Source: Callorhinchus milii
Taxonomy: Eukaryota
DNA length: 64,000 bases
Reading direction: 5' to 3'
Assembly (NCBI RefSeq): GCF_018977255.1
Contig: NW_024704742.1
Location: forward strand, 134,790,001 to 134,854,000
Shown here piece after piece: positions 12,156-26,982 of this stretch; within the stretch, counting starts at the first letter, position 1, and each line of letters begins with the position of its first letter. The position numbers and the translations under genes were made by a program. The notes below the pieces were generated by a model. It was given only the letters and a program-made list of their open reading frames with translations. It did not search any database and had not been told where the DNA came from.

Positions 12156-14845
12156 CCCCCCCCTCTCCACACAGCCTTCAACCACAACACAACGTCAGCG
12201 ATCCCCCCCCCACCACCCCCCACCCACCCCCCACCACCACCACCAACATCACCATCACCATCATCCCCTTTTATCCTCTTTTTAATTAGAGAGAAACAAT
12301 ATTAACTTCCGGGTTTTTCAAGTAAGTCTTCTCTTCCCTCAATCTTCTTCAATTCCATTGACTGACAAGAACACTATGATTTGGAAGAGTCATTTATAAG
12401 GCTCATAAAATAAACCATCACAATAAAAAATTAAATGTACACAATATGTTCCAATAGACCCCCCCCCCCCCCCCCCCACCGCCTCACTAACTTTATTTAA
12501 GGAAAGTTTTTAACAGCTGGATGGCAGTGGTATATACTTTTACACAGGATACCGGCAGTTATAGAGCCTTTTGAAAGACATAGAGGGGGAGGGGGGAAAA
12601 AAAACTAAATTTAAGTTTTTTTCGGTGACTTTCAAAAGAAATGCCTTCTCTCTCCACAAATTCTTTTCGACATTTTTCGGTGAAACATCCAAATACGCTC
12701 TCACAAAATCTGTGCGAGTCACAAGTGACCGGATTGTATCGACCCCCCCCCCCCCCCACCCCCCTCCCACCACCACCAAATAAAAACTTTTGAGGATCGA
12801 TGCTTTATGTGTTGAATATCTTGCACTCTGTGTCACATTCGGTTCTCAGCCCAACCCCCTTCCCCCTCCCCCCCCAAAAAAAGATCTAACGTATAAAATT
12901 ATAATTTTTAAAAATGATCAGAAATCAAATGTAATATACAAAGAACCCCCCCCCCCCTTTTTTTTCTCTCTCTCTTGCAATTCGTGACACCCCCTAACAA
13001 CGCATCCATCAGAGTTAATCGCTTCTTCTGGTTGACGTGAATGGCATCGTTACTCCTAAAGCGTTCAGCAAATGACTGCAGTATTTTTCTCGTGGAAAAA
13101 TATGATATAAAGCAATCCACGTTGATAAGCTGTGATGCTTTTATCCAGGACTGGGGGTTGCATTAACCAACCAGGTATGAGGTTACTAACTGATTTAGTG
13201 AGTGAGGCCTTGGGTAATGTAAATATTACTACTATTACCATGTATTGCGTTATCATTAAATACTTTATAACTTGTGGGGAGTACAATTTGAGGTCCAGTG
13301 GTCGCGGTGAGGGTTTTCTTGAGGGTGTCCTCCTGGTTTCACTGTACCCTTCAGCTCTTCTCCACGTTAAGCATTTACAGTGATGGGGTTCCTTCGCTAT
13401 CGCACAGCACTTTCGGACGCGAGTTAATTGAAAGTAGCGTTTCGCCTGATTTTAAAATCAATGGGATGTCAATGGTTGGGTTTTTTTTTAACATGTCATG
13501 AATGCATCGCAATACTTTATATATGTGTATATATATATTATCGGTGGGAAAGTGCGAGCAGAGAGGTTATAACACTACTAACATAATAATACAAATAATA
13601 ATCATTTGCATTTCATATAGTTTATCAAGTTATGTGATAAGTGAATTGTTGGGGGTGGGGGGAATTGCGAGAAGGGAGGTTATAATAATAATCAATAATA
13701 ATAATAATCTTTTGCATTTGATACAGCGCGTTATCACGTCTTCGAGACGCCTCAAAGCGCTTCACGGAATACACTGCGAAGTGAACATTGACTCTGCACT
13801 TTTGTGGGCGAAACGCAACAATAATAACAATAATAAATATTTTTTGTTAAAAAATAAAAATAAATAACCTTCGCATTTGAATAGCTGATCGAGCCATGCG
13901 ACGAGTTTATGATTTTTTTTTGTGGGGGGGGGGGGGGGCAAAAGTGCGAGCAGGAAGTTTCTAATAATAATAAAAATATGAAGAAGGATAACAATAATAA
14001 TCATTTCCATTTGATGTAGCTTTGCAAGTAATTTGATAAGTAAATGATAGAAACATACAGGGGGAGTGGGGGGGGGGGGATATAATGATCATCCTTGCAT
14101 TCGATACAGCGCCTTGTCGCGTCGTTGAGACGTCTCAAAGCGCTTCACAGGAAATAACTGCAAAGTGGAGTGGCTGTGCATGTTGTGGTTTTTTTTTTGG
14201 TGTGTGTGTGTGTGGGGGGGGGGTGGAGGTGGAGGTGGAGGTGGGGTGTGTGTGGAGTGGAGTGGAGTGGGTGGGGAACACTCAGCAAATCAGGCAGTTT
14301 TCGGATTTCCAGCATCTGCAGTATTTTGCTTTTTTGTTGGGTTGTGTTGTGTTGTGTTGTGCGTTTTTTTTTTTTGGTTTTGCTGTTGCGTTCATCTGCG
14401 GGTTGCGACTTTGCAGAGAAGGTAGGGGTGTGGGTGGGTGGGGGTGTGGGTGGGGGGGTGTGGGTGGTGGTGGGGGGGTGGGGTGTAGGGGGAGAGTTGC
14501 GCGCAGATGTGCCCTTTGTGTGGGAGCAGCAATTACGCACAGGGTCGGGGAGAACGGCCTTGAAATGCGTGACCCAGTTTTTTTCTTGATTCCCTGACAG
14601 CAAAGGGCAGCGAGGTCTGACGGATAAATATCTATCCTTCCACGGACCTTCAGCTGCTTTTAAAAAAAAGTGTGCGAGAAAAACACACACACACAGAGAC
14701 ACACACAGAGACACACACACACAACTGGAGAAAGAAGTTATCAAAGCAATCTCTGCTCTCTGTCTCTGTGTGTGTGTGTGCGTTGTCTGTGCTGCTGTTT
14801 TGACCATAAATTTGTTGCAATGCAATACTTTGCAATGTTTAAATC

Positions 14846-14883
<38 letters not shown>

Positions 14884-15087
14884 TCTCTTTCTCTCCCCCT
14901 GTCTCCCAGCCTGTGTGTGTGTGTGGGGGGGGGGGGGGGGGGTTGTTTTTTTTTGTGTGACTGGTGTCACCGAGCTATCTGTCTTTGCTTTCAAAGCAGA
15001 GGACATCTTGTGTGGGATTAACTTTCTATCGTCGATGCCCTTGATATACCACTGTGTGCGTGTGCCTGTTCTCTTGTGTGTGTGTAA

Positions 15088-15131
<44 letters not shown>

Positions 15132-16685
15132 AAGTGTTAATTTCAAAGGTATCTTGAAATTATTTGATAGTCAGAGGCGCCCTTATTCACACGCATACAG
15201 TGTTATTAGCGGGTTTGTCTGCGTCTCTGCAAATCCCCGTTCTAGCTACGATTAATACAATATTATCACTTTATAATACAATCCTAAAGTGTTCCATAAT
15301 AGTACAATTATCATGATTTGCATTTGATATAGCCGAGCAAGTCACTGAATGGTCACGCATGCAAACAGAGAAGGCGTGCACTGGAGGGAGAGTAAGAGAA
15401 AGTGAAACGGATCTGTTGCAGTTTTCACACATCACAATTTTTGCTGCTTTTTCTTCCAGTCGAAACGCACCTGTAATCGTTTCTTTTTTTAACAGACTTG
15501 TATGTTTATTGTGCACAGAAATGTACACACACGTGCAATTGACACCGTTACGAACTCACCGACCTATCTTTGCACATACTCTCCATGAACTCCTCTGTCC
15601 CTCTACCTTTCCTCCCTTCTCTCCCCACACTTTCGACACCCTCCCTCCCTCTCCCCACACATTCTCTACCTCCTTCTCTATTCCCCCTCTCTTCACCCCT
15701 CTCCTCCCCACGCAATCCTCCATCTATCTCTGTATTTGTGCGACACGTTTTTTGTTGGACAATTCTGTGTCACACTTTACACAGAGAGGGAGAGCGAGAG
15801 AGAGAGAGAGAGAGAGGGGAGGGAAGGGGGTGGGAGGGGGGAAGAGGGGAGAGAGAGAAAGAGAGAAATAAAATCGAATGGATTTTATTTTTAAATCCAT
15901 TTCAGATTAGCTGACAACCACTCTTTTTTTTTTGCTTCCTCTTCAAAAGAACAGAGGTGGGTTTGAACCAAACAAACGACATAATGCAAATTTATTGTTT
16001 TTCTTCCAATTGGAAAAAATAAATTTGCATTGTGTAGTTTGTTGGTTCACCAGTTAAACCCTATTTCGATATAAAATGATGCATTAAAATACATCAATGG
16101 GGTTTCCATTGTACAATTAATCTATAAACTGAAACTGTCTTCCTTATATGTTGGCTTTAGGTTTTTCGATATGTACACACAACATATATATTATATAGAG
16201 ATTCGCTGCAATTCACTGTTGTATAATTTCCAGCGATTGACAGGTACGATTATAATAGCTTCAAATAAATATATACACTGTATATCAAAAAAAAAGTTAT
16301 CTGGCGATTGTATGTAGGAAGAAGGGAATAGAAGAAGTAACAGGAGAGGGTTTTAGGAGGGTGGAAGCTCACTTATTATAATAATATTAATTGCATTTGA
16401 TACAGTGACTTATCACGCCTTCGAGACGTCTCAAAGCGCCTTCACAGAATTTACTGTGAAGTGAATTGACAGTATTTTTTGTGCATCAACAGCGACGGAG
16501 ACTGGTTGAGTCGAATGGCCCTGTTTCGGTGGGTGTAACTTTAGTGCAATTCAAGATTTATGGCTTTACAGAGGTAATATCACACCAGACGTGTACACAC
16601 ACACACACACACACACTGCGATTTCACTTGTTAAATGCATTGGCCGCCAACCGTACAGGCGGAACATTAGCAGATTATTTCCATT

Positions 16686-17068
16686 TGTGTGTGTGTGTGT
16701 GTGTGAGTGTGAGTGTGTGTGAGAGTGTGAGTGTGTGTGAGAGTGTGTGAGTGTGAGTGTGTGTGAGAGTGTGTGAGTGTGAGTGTGAGTGTGTGTGTGA
16801 GAGAGAGTGTGTATGAGTGTGTGTGTGAGTGTGTGTGAGAGTGTAAGTGTGTATGTGAGTGAGTGTGTATTTGAGTGTGTGTGTGTGAGTGTAAGTGTGT
16901 GAGTGTGTGAGAGTGTGTGTGAGAGTGTAAGTGTGTATGTGAGTGAGTGTGTATTTGAGTGTGTGTGTGAGTGTGAGTGTAAGTGTGTGAGTGTGTGAGA
17001 GTGTGTGTGAGAGTGTGTGTGTGTGAGTGTGAGTGTGTGTGGATGTGTGTGAGTGAGTGTGTGAGTGT
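16686..17068. repeat. Compound (GT)/(GAGT) microsatellite
   Basis: Directly visible. Confidence 0.92.
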
Positions 17069-17845
17069 TTGCTTCGGGGTTGAAATGACATAATAATAAA
17101 TAATAATTATTCTGTCCAGAATCCCGACACATTAGGGTTCAATTTCACGAGTTATTCCCTTCCCCCTCTGCTCCATTACAAATCAGGTTGGTTTTAAATA
17201 TGTCCAAATTGAACAAAAACATTTTTTTTTAGAGAGAAAGAGAGAGAGGGAGAGACAGAGAGAGAGAGAAAGAGAGAAAGTGTGTGTGAGAGAGGCGGAG
17301 AGGGAGAGAAAAGTAACCCGATATAAGTGAATCATTTTTTTTAGGCGTCGAGGTTTTGTTTCACGTAAACTATTTCAAGGTTTCAGATGAGAATCGTGTG
17401 CGTGATATGTATTATATGTAAATAAATATAAATTACGCCCTCCAAAGTATACAGTCACATCGCTTTACAGTATATCCTGCGAAGCGTTTTTGAATCGTCT
17501 CAACGACGTGATATGTTTTTATCAAATGCCTGGATTCTTGTTATATCTATATAAAATATTTGTATGTATATACAGTATAGGCAATACAGTGTAATATATA
17601 TACTTTGTATTTACTACATATTTATAATATGTAAACTATAGAATAATATACATTTATAGGTTTAAATATATTTATAATATATAAAATACACACAGATATA
17701 TATGGATGTATAGATTATACATTTAATATATTTTAGATAGACACACACCCACACGGACACATATATATATTAGTATATATCTATATATATGCGTGCGTGT
17801 GTGTGATCCATATATGAATAATGTGTATGTGTGTGATCCATATAT

Positions 17846-17880
<35 letters not shown>

Positions 17881-18193
17881 TTTGCAGGAAAACGAGTAGT
17901 CGCTGGTCGATCTGAAATGTTTTATTTGCTTCGCTTACAAACCATCTGGCATGTGAGTGCAATAGGTATTGATTGCGTGCAGTCTGCGGCAGACCCCATA
18001 CCAGCGTTACACACAACACTCAACCCTTGGATGCATCTGTGTTTTTGCCAGGCCAGGCCAGGCCAGGCCAGGCCAGGGAAGAACACACACACACTATATA
18101 TATATAATATATATATTATATATAGAAGGCAAGCGGCCAGCCTTAGCTTTTACCAATGATTTGGCGGTAAGTGCATCTTTTGAAGTTCCTATT

Positions 18194-18235
<42 letters not shown>

Positions 18236-21200
18236 CAGACAGACAGAGAGAGAGAGAAAATAAAACATAATCTAATTTGACGTTTCAATGGTATTTGACC
18301 GAATGAAACAAATTCTGCTGTCGATGTAAAAGGCCAAACTTTCAACATCAGGACAACAGGCAGAAGTGACAGCAGAACAGCGACTCGAATTTGCAAGCGT
18401 CCAGTCACTATATATTTATATATAAATATATATTTTGTTGTTGTTCTCCATTTTTATAACAGTGAAAACTTTCTCGCTGGGTTGGCTAACACGCGCAATA
18501 TTCGCACAGTAAAGCGAATTGAAAGATTTGAGCTAACTCGCTATTAATATATATATATATATATACGTACATAGAGAAAAAAATAACTTTTAAGTTGTTT
18601 GAACTCAAGTCAAACGCCTGACTTGTGCTGTCAGACTCTCCTCTGTATTGTCGGCTTCCTTGTCTCTCGGTTGATCATTAAATGCACCTTTTTTTTTAAG
18701 TTAAAAAAAAACATCCAGGGACATTGAAAGTTTAGGACAACTTTTGTTTCGCGTGTGAATGCTTCCAACTCGAAAATTCCGGGCTCTATTTTTTCCCCCC
18801 CCCCTTTTTTTTTAAACCAGTAACACGTAAAGCTAACGACTGAACCGCTTTGGGATGGATTTACATACAACTAACGAGGAAGCCTCTGGATTTGGGCAAA
18901 AGCATCGTCCATGACACAACATTTCATTTCAACTCCTAAACCTTTCCTATCTCTATATGAAATATCTTTCTCTCTCTCCCTCTCTACATAGATATATATA
19001 TATATATTATGTTAAAATAATCCTGTTTTTAAACGTCAATTTGTTTGAGATTCCAACTGGTTTTTGCTGACGTTATGAAAGCAAATGTGAGTTTTTTTAA
19101 GACCAATAGTTCCCTTATTAATTTCCACCCCATGTGGTGACATGAGTCGTTTGCATATCCTGTGTGTCGTTTCGCCCACAACATATACAGAGAATTCACT
19201 TGAATTCACTGAGAAGCGCCTTGAGACGTCTCAACGACGCGATAAGACGCGGTATCAAATGCAAGGATTATTATTATTATTATTATTATTACTATTATTA
19301 TTCACTCATGGATTTGCACTGACTAAACGTAAGATAATTCCGACCATCAATTAGTGTCGTATTTATGTTATCTCTGTAAAGGTAGAACGTTTCAAATTCA
19401 TTCAATAAACCTGTGTTGTGGTCGCAGTGCTTATTATTTTTCGTGTCTTTCTACCCCCTTCCAACCAACCCATTGACCATCAATGATCATCAAGGTATTT
19501 TGGGGGCCCACAGATTTTCTTTCACAAAGAGAAACTTTTTTTGTTCCCCCCCTCCCCTGAACTTTCCAGTGTTTAAAGGACAACAGTTTTCGGGGTAAGA
19601 CATTGTTGTGTGTGTGTGTGTGTGTGTGTTTGTGGGGTGGGGGTGTTGGGGGAGTGTTGGGGGGTAGAAATAGAGGTCAAGCAATGGAGACAATCTTTGG
19701 AGTCAGGTCACAGAGCAGTTACGCATAAAGTCTTTTGAGTGTCCATGACAAAAGAGCGCAGAAGTTGGAGTTGATTTTAAAAGGCAGTCTGAATGCAAAG
19801 CTGTTTTTTTCCCCCTTCTTTCTCTCTCTCTCTCTCTCTCTCTCTCCTTCCCTCCCTCCCTCCCTCCAGGCCCCCCACCCAACATCAGAAGCCACACCGC
19901 TCAAAAAAAAAGTGCCAGCACTGCGCTCCCTGTTACTCTTTGATTCCGAGCAGCTTTTTTGTTGCTGCTTTGAGATTAGCGTTGAGCAAAAAAAAAAGCC
20001 CAGAGGATTTTTTTTTTGTGTGTGACTGTGTTAACTGCGATCTCACGTTGAGATTTTGATGATTGCAGAGAGTCGGTTGTAGAGGTAGAGACGATTTGGG
20101 TCATATGTAACTCGCCAATTCACATTCTCTCCCAGAAAATCGTGTAAATTGTGCCATTATATATATATTTGTATATATACATTTGCATCGCAAAATTTAC
20201 GCGATACGCAGTAACGCGAATCGTGTTATAATGATAAAATTGGCCCAAAAATATACAGTCAATTCACTTTACAATGTGCTCAGTGAAGCGCTATGAGACG
20301 TCTCAACGATGTGATACGGTTCTATATCAAATGCAAGAATTATTATTATTATTATTCTATGCTCAAGAGTAATGCCGGATTTGCTTTAAACATAAAAACG
20401 GTGTTGGTGTTCGCTTTTATTCCTGAAATCTTATTTTTTTTATGTTGAAAAAACACACACTCACGGTTCAAAATGGGGCTGAGGAGGAAAATTCTGAATT
20501 CTGATGGTATGGGATGGATGTCAATGCAAATCGGGTCCCAGTGATAATACTTCTCTATTCACAAATTCACGATTAATATCCAGTTTCCTTAGAAGTTGCG
20601 AGTTGTGGAAAAAATATACAATCCGACTGCTTGGGTTGCCTGCAATATTTCCCACCAAACAAAGTGAGTTTCACGAGGATTGGGGCAAAATACTGCAATT
20701 TGTTTGGTTTGTTTGTTTCAAGTCACAGATTGACACCTGAAGTTAACAAGAAACAATTGCCCCAAGTTTTCGGGAGACGTTTTGGGGGCAGAAATAGCGG
20801 ATAAACTCAATCCACATGGTGTGAAAGCGAGCAAAATGTTTAACAGGTCTCGTTTGCATTTGAAAATTTTCGTGTGCGTTGGTATTTTTTTCGGTATTAA
20901 TAAATCCTTGCGTTTCGACCCAGCGTTTCTCACGCCGGGAGGACGTCTCAGAGCGTCTCAGTGCACAAGGGGAAAGCACTGTCAAGTGTAGTGACTGTGC
21001 CCATCTCTCTTTTATTGCAGGTGTGTTTTGGGTGAATCTCATAGAATTTACCCCAAACAAAACAAAAAAAACACGAAAAGCGACCGTATCTGCTGAATGC
21101 ATTTATCTGGGTCTTTAAACTGTCTTGTAGCATAAAGAGTGTGGTCAGCCAATATTCAATGCCATTTTTTATTTAAATGTGAAAGAAATAATATGGAATA

Positions 21201-21410
21201 AATATGCCTCAGGTATAAATTGGTAACTTCTGGTTATACAGAATTCAGACTTTATTGGTGGGTCTCACACATGTGGAAACCCATCACCGTTGCATTAAGA
21301 GTATCCAAAGCAAACTGAGAATTCCCTGCATCATAATAATAATAATAATTATTATTATTATCCCACCTACACATGGAAATCCCAGAGATATTTATTGGAA
21401 GGGAATATTC

Positions 21411-21457
<47 letters not shown>

Positions 21458-22514
21458 TGGATGCTATTCCGAACGAGAATAATTCTTGGTGCTGCCAATT
21501 TAAGGGAAAACTACATTTTGACGTTAAATTGCCTCGCAACAAGAGTGCAGATGTGTCACAGAATTAAATGCAAACAATTATATGGACGGTACAGGCTCTG
21601 AGTGTATAGGCTATAAGACCATTTCACTCTCCACCCATCCTATTCCCCTCTCCCAGACCCTTCTATTCCCTTCTCTTTCATTCGGGAACAGCCCTCTAAT
21701 CCCAAACCTCACTGAAATGTCCTCCACAGGAGAACATAGGCCATCGACACGAGCAAAATCTTGTCACTCTGTTTTCTCTCGTTTGGGCTCTTTTGTTCGC
21801 ACAAAACGTGTCTTTTTTTTCTCCCATTTCATTTCAACCCTTTAATCCTGACATTTGAGAAACGCTTTGGCGTTTTTTTTCTTAAAATAGATTAAATAAC
21901 ATTAGGACAACTGTCTTGTTTATTTATGTTTTCGCACATCCCCCCTCCCCTTTCCCGTGTTAGTTTCAAACTTTGTTTTATATAAGGTATGTAAAAAAAA
22001 ACCCTGTCTTCATTCATTAATTACTACGCCAACAGCGCATTCTGACAACAGATAACGAATGGCCTCACAGGTCCCACAGAAGGCGATTGGCCTCATAGCA
22101 AAATAGTCATAATAAACATAAATAGGGGTGTGATTTTGCCAGCTGTCTTTATAAATCATCTTAAAGATGCACTCAAACTCAAAGAAGCAATGGAAGTTGA
22201 CAGGTGTTCAACAATAGTGGCCTGAATTTAATGTTCACACATATATAGTATAATTATATAATATATATATATATGTGTGTGTGTGTGTTTGATTGCTATG
22301 CTTTTTTGCATAAAATTAAGTCCCTTATCAATTTCGTTTGATTCCTTTGAATGCCCGAAGCAATGCCCTGTTTTAATCATAAGCTTTGATTTTATGTTAT
22401 CGATTGATGTGTAAAGACAGATGTAATTTGCCAAAAGGAGGAGCTGTGCTGTGTCTTTAGTGTAAAGAGCTAACCAGTCTCTATCTGCCTCTATTCTCTT
22501 TGTGGATCACTTTC

Positions 22515-22515
<1 letters not shown>

Positions 22516-22560
<45 letters not shown>
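22516..22560. repeat. Poly-C run (45 nt)
   Basis: Directly visible; the length may be affected by sequencing error. Confidence 0.85.
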
Positions 22561-23112
22561 ACCCTCCCCCTCCCATAAAAAAAAACTTGGTTCCCATCTA
22601 ACTGATTGACATATGGGAAATTTATGATTTAAACACCTTTCAACCTCGTCATAAAACATTTTTTTTATTTAAAAAGCATTAAAAAATACCAACAACAATA
22701 CTATTTGAAATTTGAGACGTCTCAATTCCCGTTTCCTTCACGGGATACATTGCACCGTTGACCGACTGTGTACTTTCTGGGAGGAAAACACAAATAACAA
22801 CGCGATTCGCTTTTTTTTTTAAAAAAAGCGCACTTTACACGTTCAGATTAAAATTGCGATTTGACACATAACGCTGAACGTGGTTTGGAAATCCGCAGCA
22901 AAACGTTGGCGAAGCGAAGGCGATTCAATTTGTCAGGAAACGCCGAGGATGGTTGGGGTTTTAGTCCTTTAATACCGACTAAAAGTTTGCTTTTAAAATT
23001 AAAAAAAAAGTTCAGTTGCATTCGCCTGCAAAAACACACAGTCACTACACTTGACAGTAAAATCCTGGGCAGCGCTTTGAGAATTCACTCAATGCACTTA
23101 TTATTATTGTTG

Positions 23113-23154
<42 letters not shown>

Positions 23155-25045
23155 TCTGTGAAGCGCTTTGAGGCGTCTCAACGACGTGATAAGGCGTCAT
23201 ATCAAATGTTATTATTATTATTTTATTATTATTGTTATTATTACTGTCATTATTGTTACTATTGTAAGTCCCACCGACATGAAGTAAGCAATATCAAAGG
23301 CATTGATCATTGATCATTGATCACCCAGTCGCTGTGTTAGATTGTCATTGCACAGGAGATTGACACTCACAACTGATACAGATATCTAAAGTTTATTTTT
23401 CACATTAGACCCTCAGCTGCTAACATTGTCCCACGAATTACCCCCTTCCTCCTTCCCCCCCCCTCTCTCCCTCCCCCCCTCCCACCCCCTCCCACCCACA
23501 CAACCACACATTCCCTGGGAACCCAATGATTTCGTTAAGCAGTGCGGTTGCTTGGTCTCAGTCAGTCAGGTAAATAAATACATACAGCACTTACACAGTC
23601 GCGTTGCCATTCAAAGCGCTTTTGAATTCGTTTTTATTTATTTTTCCTCTTCTTGTGAGGATTTCCCACCAACAAGTGACATGTCGTGGGGCGGTCCATC
23701 ACATTGCGAGGGTCATCTCAGCTCCAGGAGGGCTCCCAACACCTTAGAAAAGTGCAACTTGTTTCCGAAGCGCATCATCCAAATAAACCTTTTTGCTACT
23801 TTTATATTATCATCAACACAACCGATTAATCTATTGCACACACAGCGAAGGTAACGTGAGGCCACATGTGTGAGTGACTGACTGAGCGCCTCGCAAACAG
23901 CGCACAACACAGGGACATACTTTGGTTCCACAGTCGAGTTCTTAACAGATTTTTTTTTTGGTTAAACACCGACTTGCGGTGAATTGTGTCCCCGCGAAAA
24001 AGCTTCATTTTAAAAAAATCGCCCACTTTTACCCCGAGCAAAGTTATCTGTAAAACTTGCACTCGCAATGTTTGTCATTATGTTCCTGTTATTCGGTTAT
24101 TATCCGCATTTGCTGTCGTTGCGACTCAAATAATAATTGTTAATGTTATTATAAAAAACGTGCGGCATTCAGAATATTTTATATTATCATAATGTGTCAG
24201 GTGTATTGTAGTAATATACTTCACAGTACATTGGAGACGTCTCCACGACGTGATGTACCAGACGCACAGATTAGTGTTAGTGTTAATCTTTTTTTTAAAA
24301 AAAATGACCGTTAATTAAAAATAAAAGAGTCGCAAATGTAAAGAGAGTTTCTTTTGACTAAAATCCCAATTATTCTGGGACTTTGGAACAAAGTATAAAG
24401 GAAGTTATAAATACAGGTTAACACACACACACACACACAGAGCTTCTAAATATATGCCAAAGCTTTGGTTATTGTGAGCAAAATAAATCCCCAAACCGGG
24501 TTTCTTAACGAATTTAGGGTATAGTGTGCAAAAACCATAAGACTTTTTGTCACGCCTGTGAACTTTGCCACTGCAAAATATCGAAAATGTTATAATATTC
24601 CTTGCAATTGATATAGTCACACCGATATATTTGATATGCCACGTCGTTGAGGCGTCTCAAAGCGCTTCACAGGATATACTGTAAAGATTAAATATGTGTG
24701 TGTGTGTATATATATATATCTGCAGGGCGACCAAACATAATTGATACCATTTATTTTAATAACAGTCACGTTATCTCTCCATTATTTCTTTAAGACTCGT
24801 TAGACATTATAATTGTCTCACGAGTTTTCTGGTCACACTGTTACTGTGCACTATATCTGGTGAGTTTTTGTAGGGGAAAACTTTTTATTTTAACGCACGT
24901 TGTGAGATAAATTCATCAGCTCTTTAGTTTTAGACAATCCGAACTTCGGGGGTGTCTCAAACACGAGGAAGTCTTATAATAATATTAATAATCATTGCAT
25001 TTGATATGACTGTGCGTACTCCAGACTGAGAATCGTGTGTATTTA

Positions 25046-25083
<38 letters not shown>

Positions 25084-25320
25084 GAGAAAATTGCCTCTGA
25101 AACAATTTTCGCTTTCGTCTCGTTAATTGCGGGTGATGTGTGATCTGTCGGAAGGAATACTTTTTAACTGTTGAGGCAGAACTCAGAGAGGAGTCCTGCA
25201 ACAGCAAACTAAATGGAAAAGTGTGACCATCAGTTTTGTGATCACAAATAATAATAATAGATTTGTATAATATTCGTCGCTGTATCACTTAAGCATCTAT
25301 CAGACTACACACACACACAC

Positions 25321-25363
<43 letters not shown>

Positions 25364-25686
25364 TTAAATACTGTAGTGTAGTACCAGACACCGAGGAATG
25401 TTTCCGGTGTCTAGAATTATTTGTGGATATTTGAGTAACACAAGTGTTTGTGACCCAATTGCATTTTCTTTTAGAGAGAATCGAAATGGGTGTAGTAAGT
25501 TGCACCTCCGATTCCTCTTCACTCAACAAGTGAACGTTTCAGTTGTGAAGTCCCCAATGCACCAAAAAACTTTTTTAAAATTTTTTTTCACACGTTTTTT
25601 ATTACTACCTCGGGGAAAAAAAATGCGCTTTTCCATTAATGTGGGTTATAAAAATGCGACGTTTGCTAATTGCATTTCCCTTTCTT

Positions 25687-25749
<63 letters not shown>

Positions 25750-26820
25750 CTCTCTCTCTCTTTCTCTCCCCATCCGACACACACACACAGTCACACACAC
25801 AACACACCATCACCAAATTAGTACAGAATATTTTTGCAGTCTGTGCATGTGTTGAAGGCAGAGCATCAACTTGATTTGCAAACCATTGCTCTGCCACCGA
25901 TTGAGTAAAAGAATAATTTGTTCTGTCACTTTCAGGAGACGCAGAATTGTCTAATGCACAACGACTTACACCCTTCCCGTCCCACGTTGTGTCCTCGGGA
26001 AAGTTATTGGATCCAAATCTCTCCTTTTGTTTCTTTTCTGTGAGTGTTGGCTTATTTTTTGGGGTACGTTATGTGTCGCAGACTTTACAATGTACTGTGT
26101 GAAGGGCATTGACACCGTCTCAGCAACGCCACATGATGCCATATCAAGTGCAAGAATTATTATTATTATTGTTATTATTATATGTCGATCAGCAAAATAT
26201 TTTACTAAGAGTGTGTGTAGTTAGGTCTATCTCTATATTTTGAATTATGTTTAGGGAGATGTCTTCCCTCCCTCTCAACTAAACGTTCAGTTTAAAATGT
26301 GTAGGTTCACAGTCGTCAAATCAAAGCCCCGTTTTATTTATGCAATGATACCAATAACGCAATAACAACACTAATATTAGCAATGATTGATAGCGAAGCG
26401 CTTATTTGTTTTCAGTTGCGTTCAGATGAACCTGTGATGCAATTGTAAATATCAATAATTCTGATCTGGAATCCACTTGGCATCTGAACTGGCAAATAAA
26501 CCTGATATAATAATAATAATACTACTACTAATAATATTTTTTGCGTTTGATATAGTGCCTTACCACGACGCTGAAACATCTCCAAGCGCCTCACTGGATT
26601 TTATCTTGCAGTGTATGTATTAGTGGGCGAATATAGTTTCAGTCTCTCCCTCGCCTTATTTTGTGTGTAGAGAAACCAAAAGCATTGAAACCTCTATCAA
26701 TCCACTTGACGCAGGATGTAGAATGATGCATCATTTGATTAAAATAGATTAAAATATAACACAAACACTGACTGGGCAGATTACACAGTACACCATGTCC
26801 CTGGGAACTTGCCCAGAGAC

Positions 26821-26858
<38 letters not shown>

Positions 26859-26945
26859 CAAAAAGTAATTTAAATGATGAAACCCACAATTTAACCTATT
26901 TTCTACCAAACAACTCAATGTCAGAAATTGTAACTGACGCCCCAC

Positions 26946-26982
<37 letters not shown>

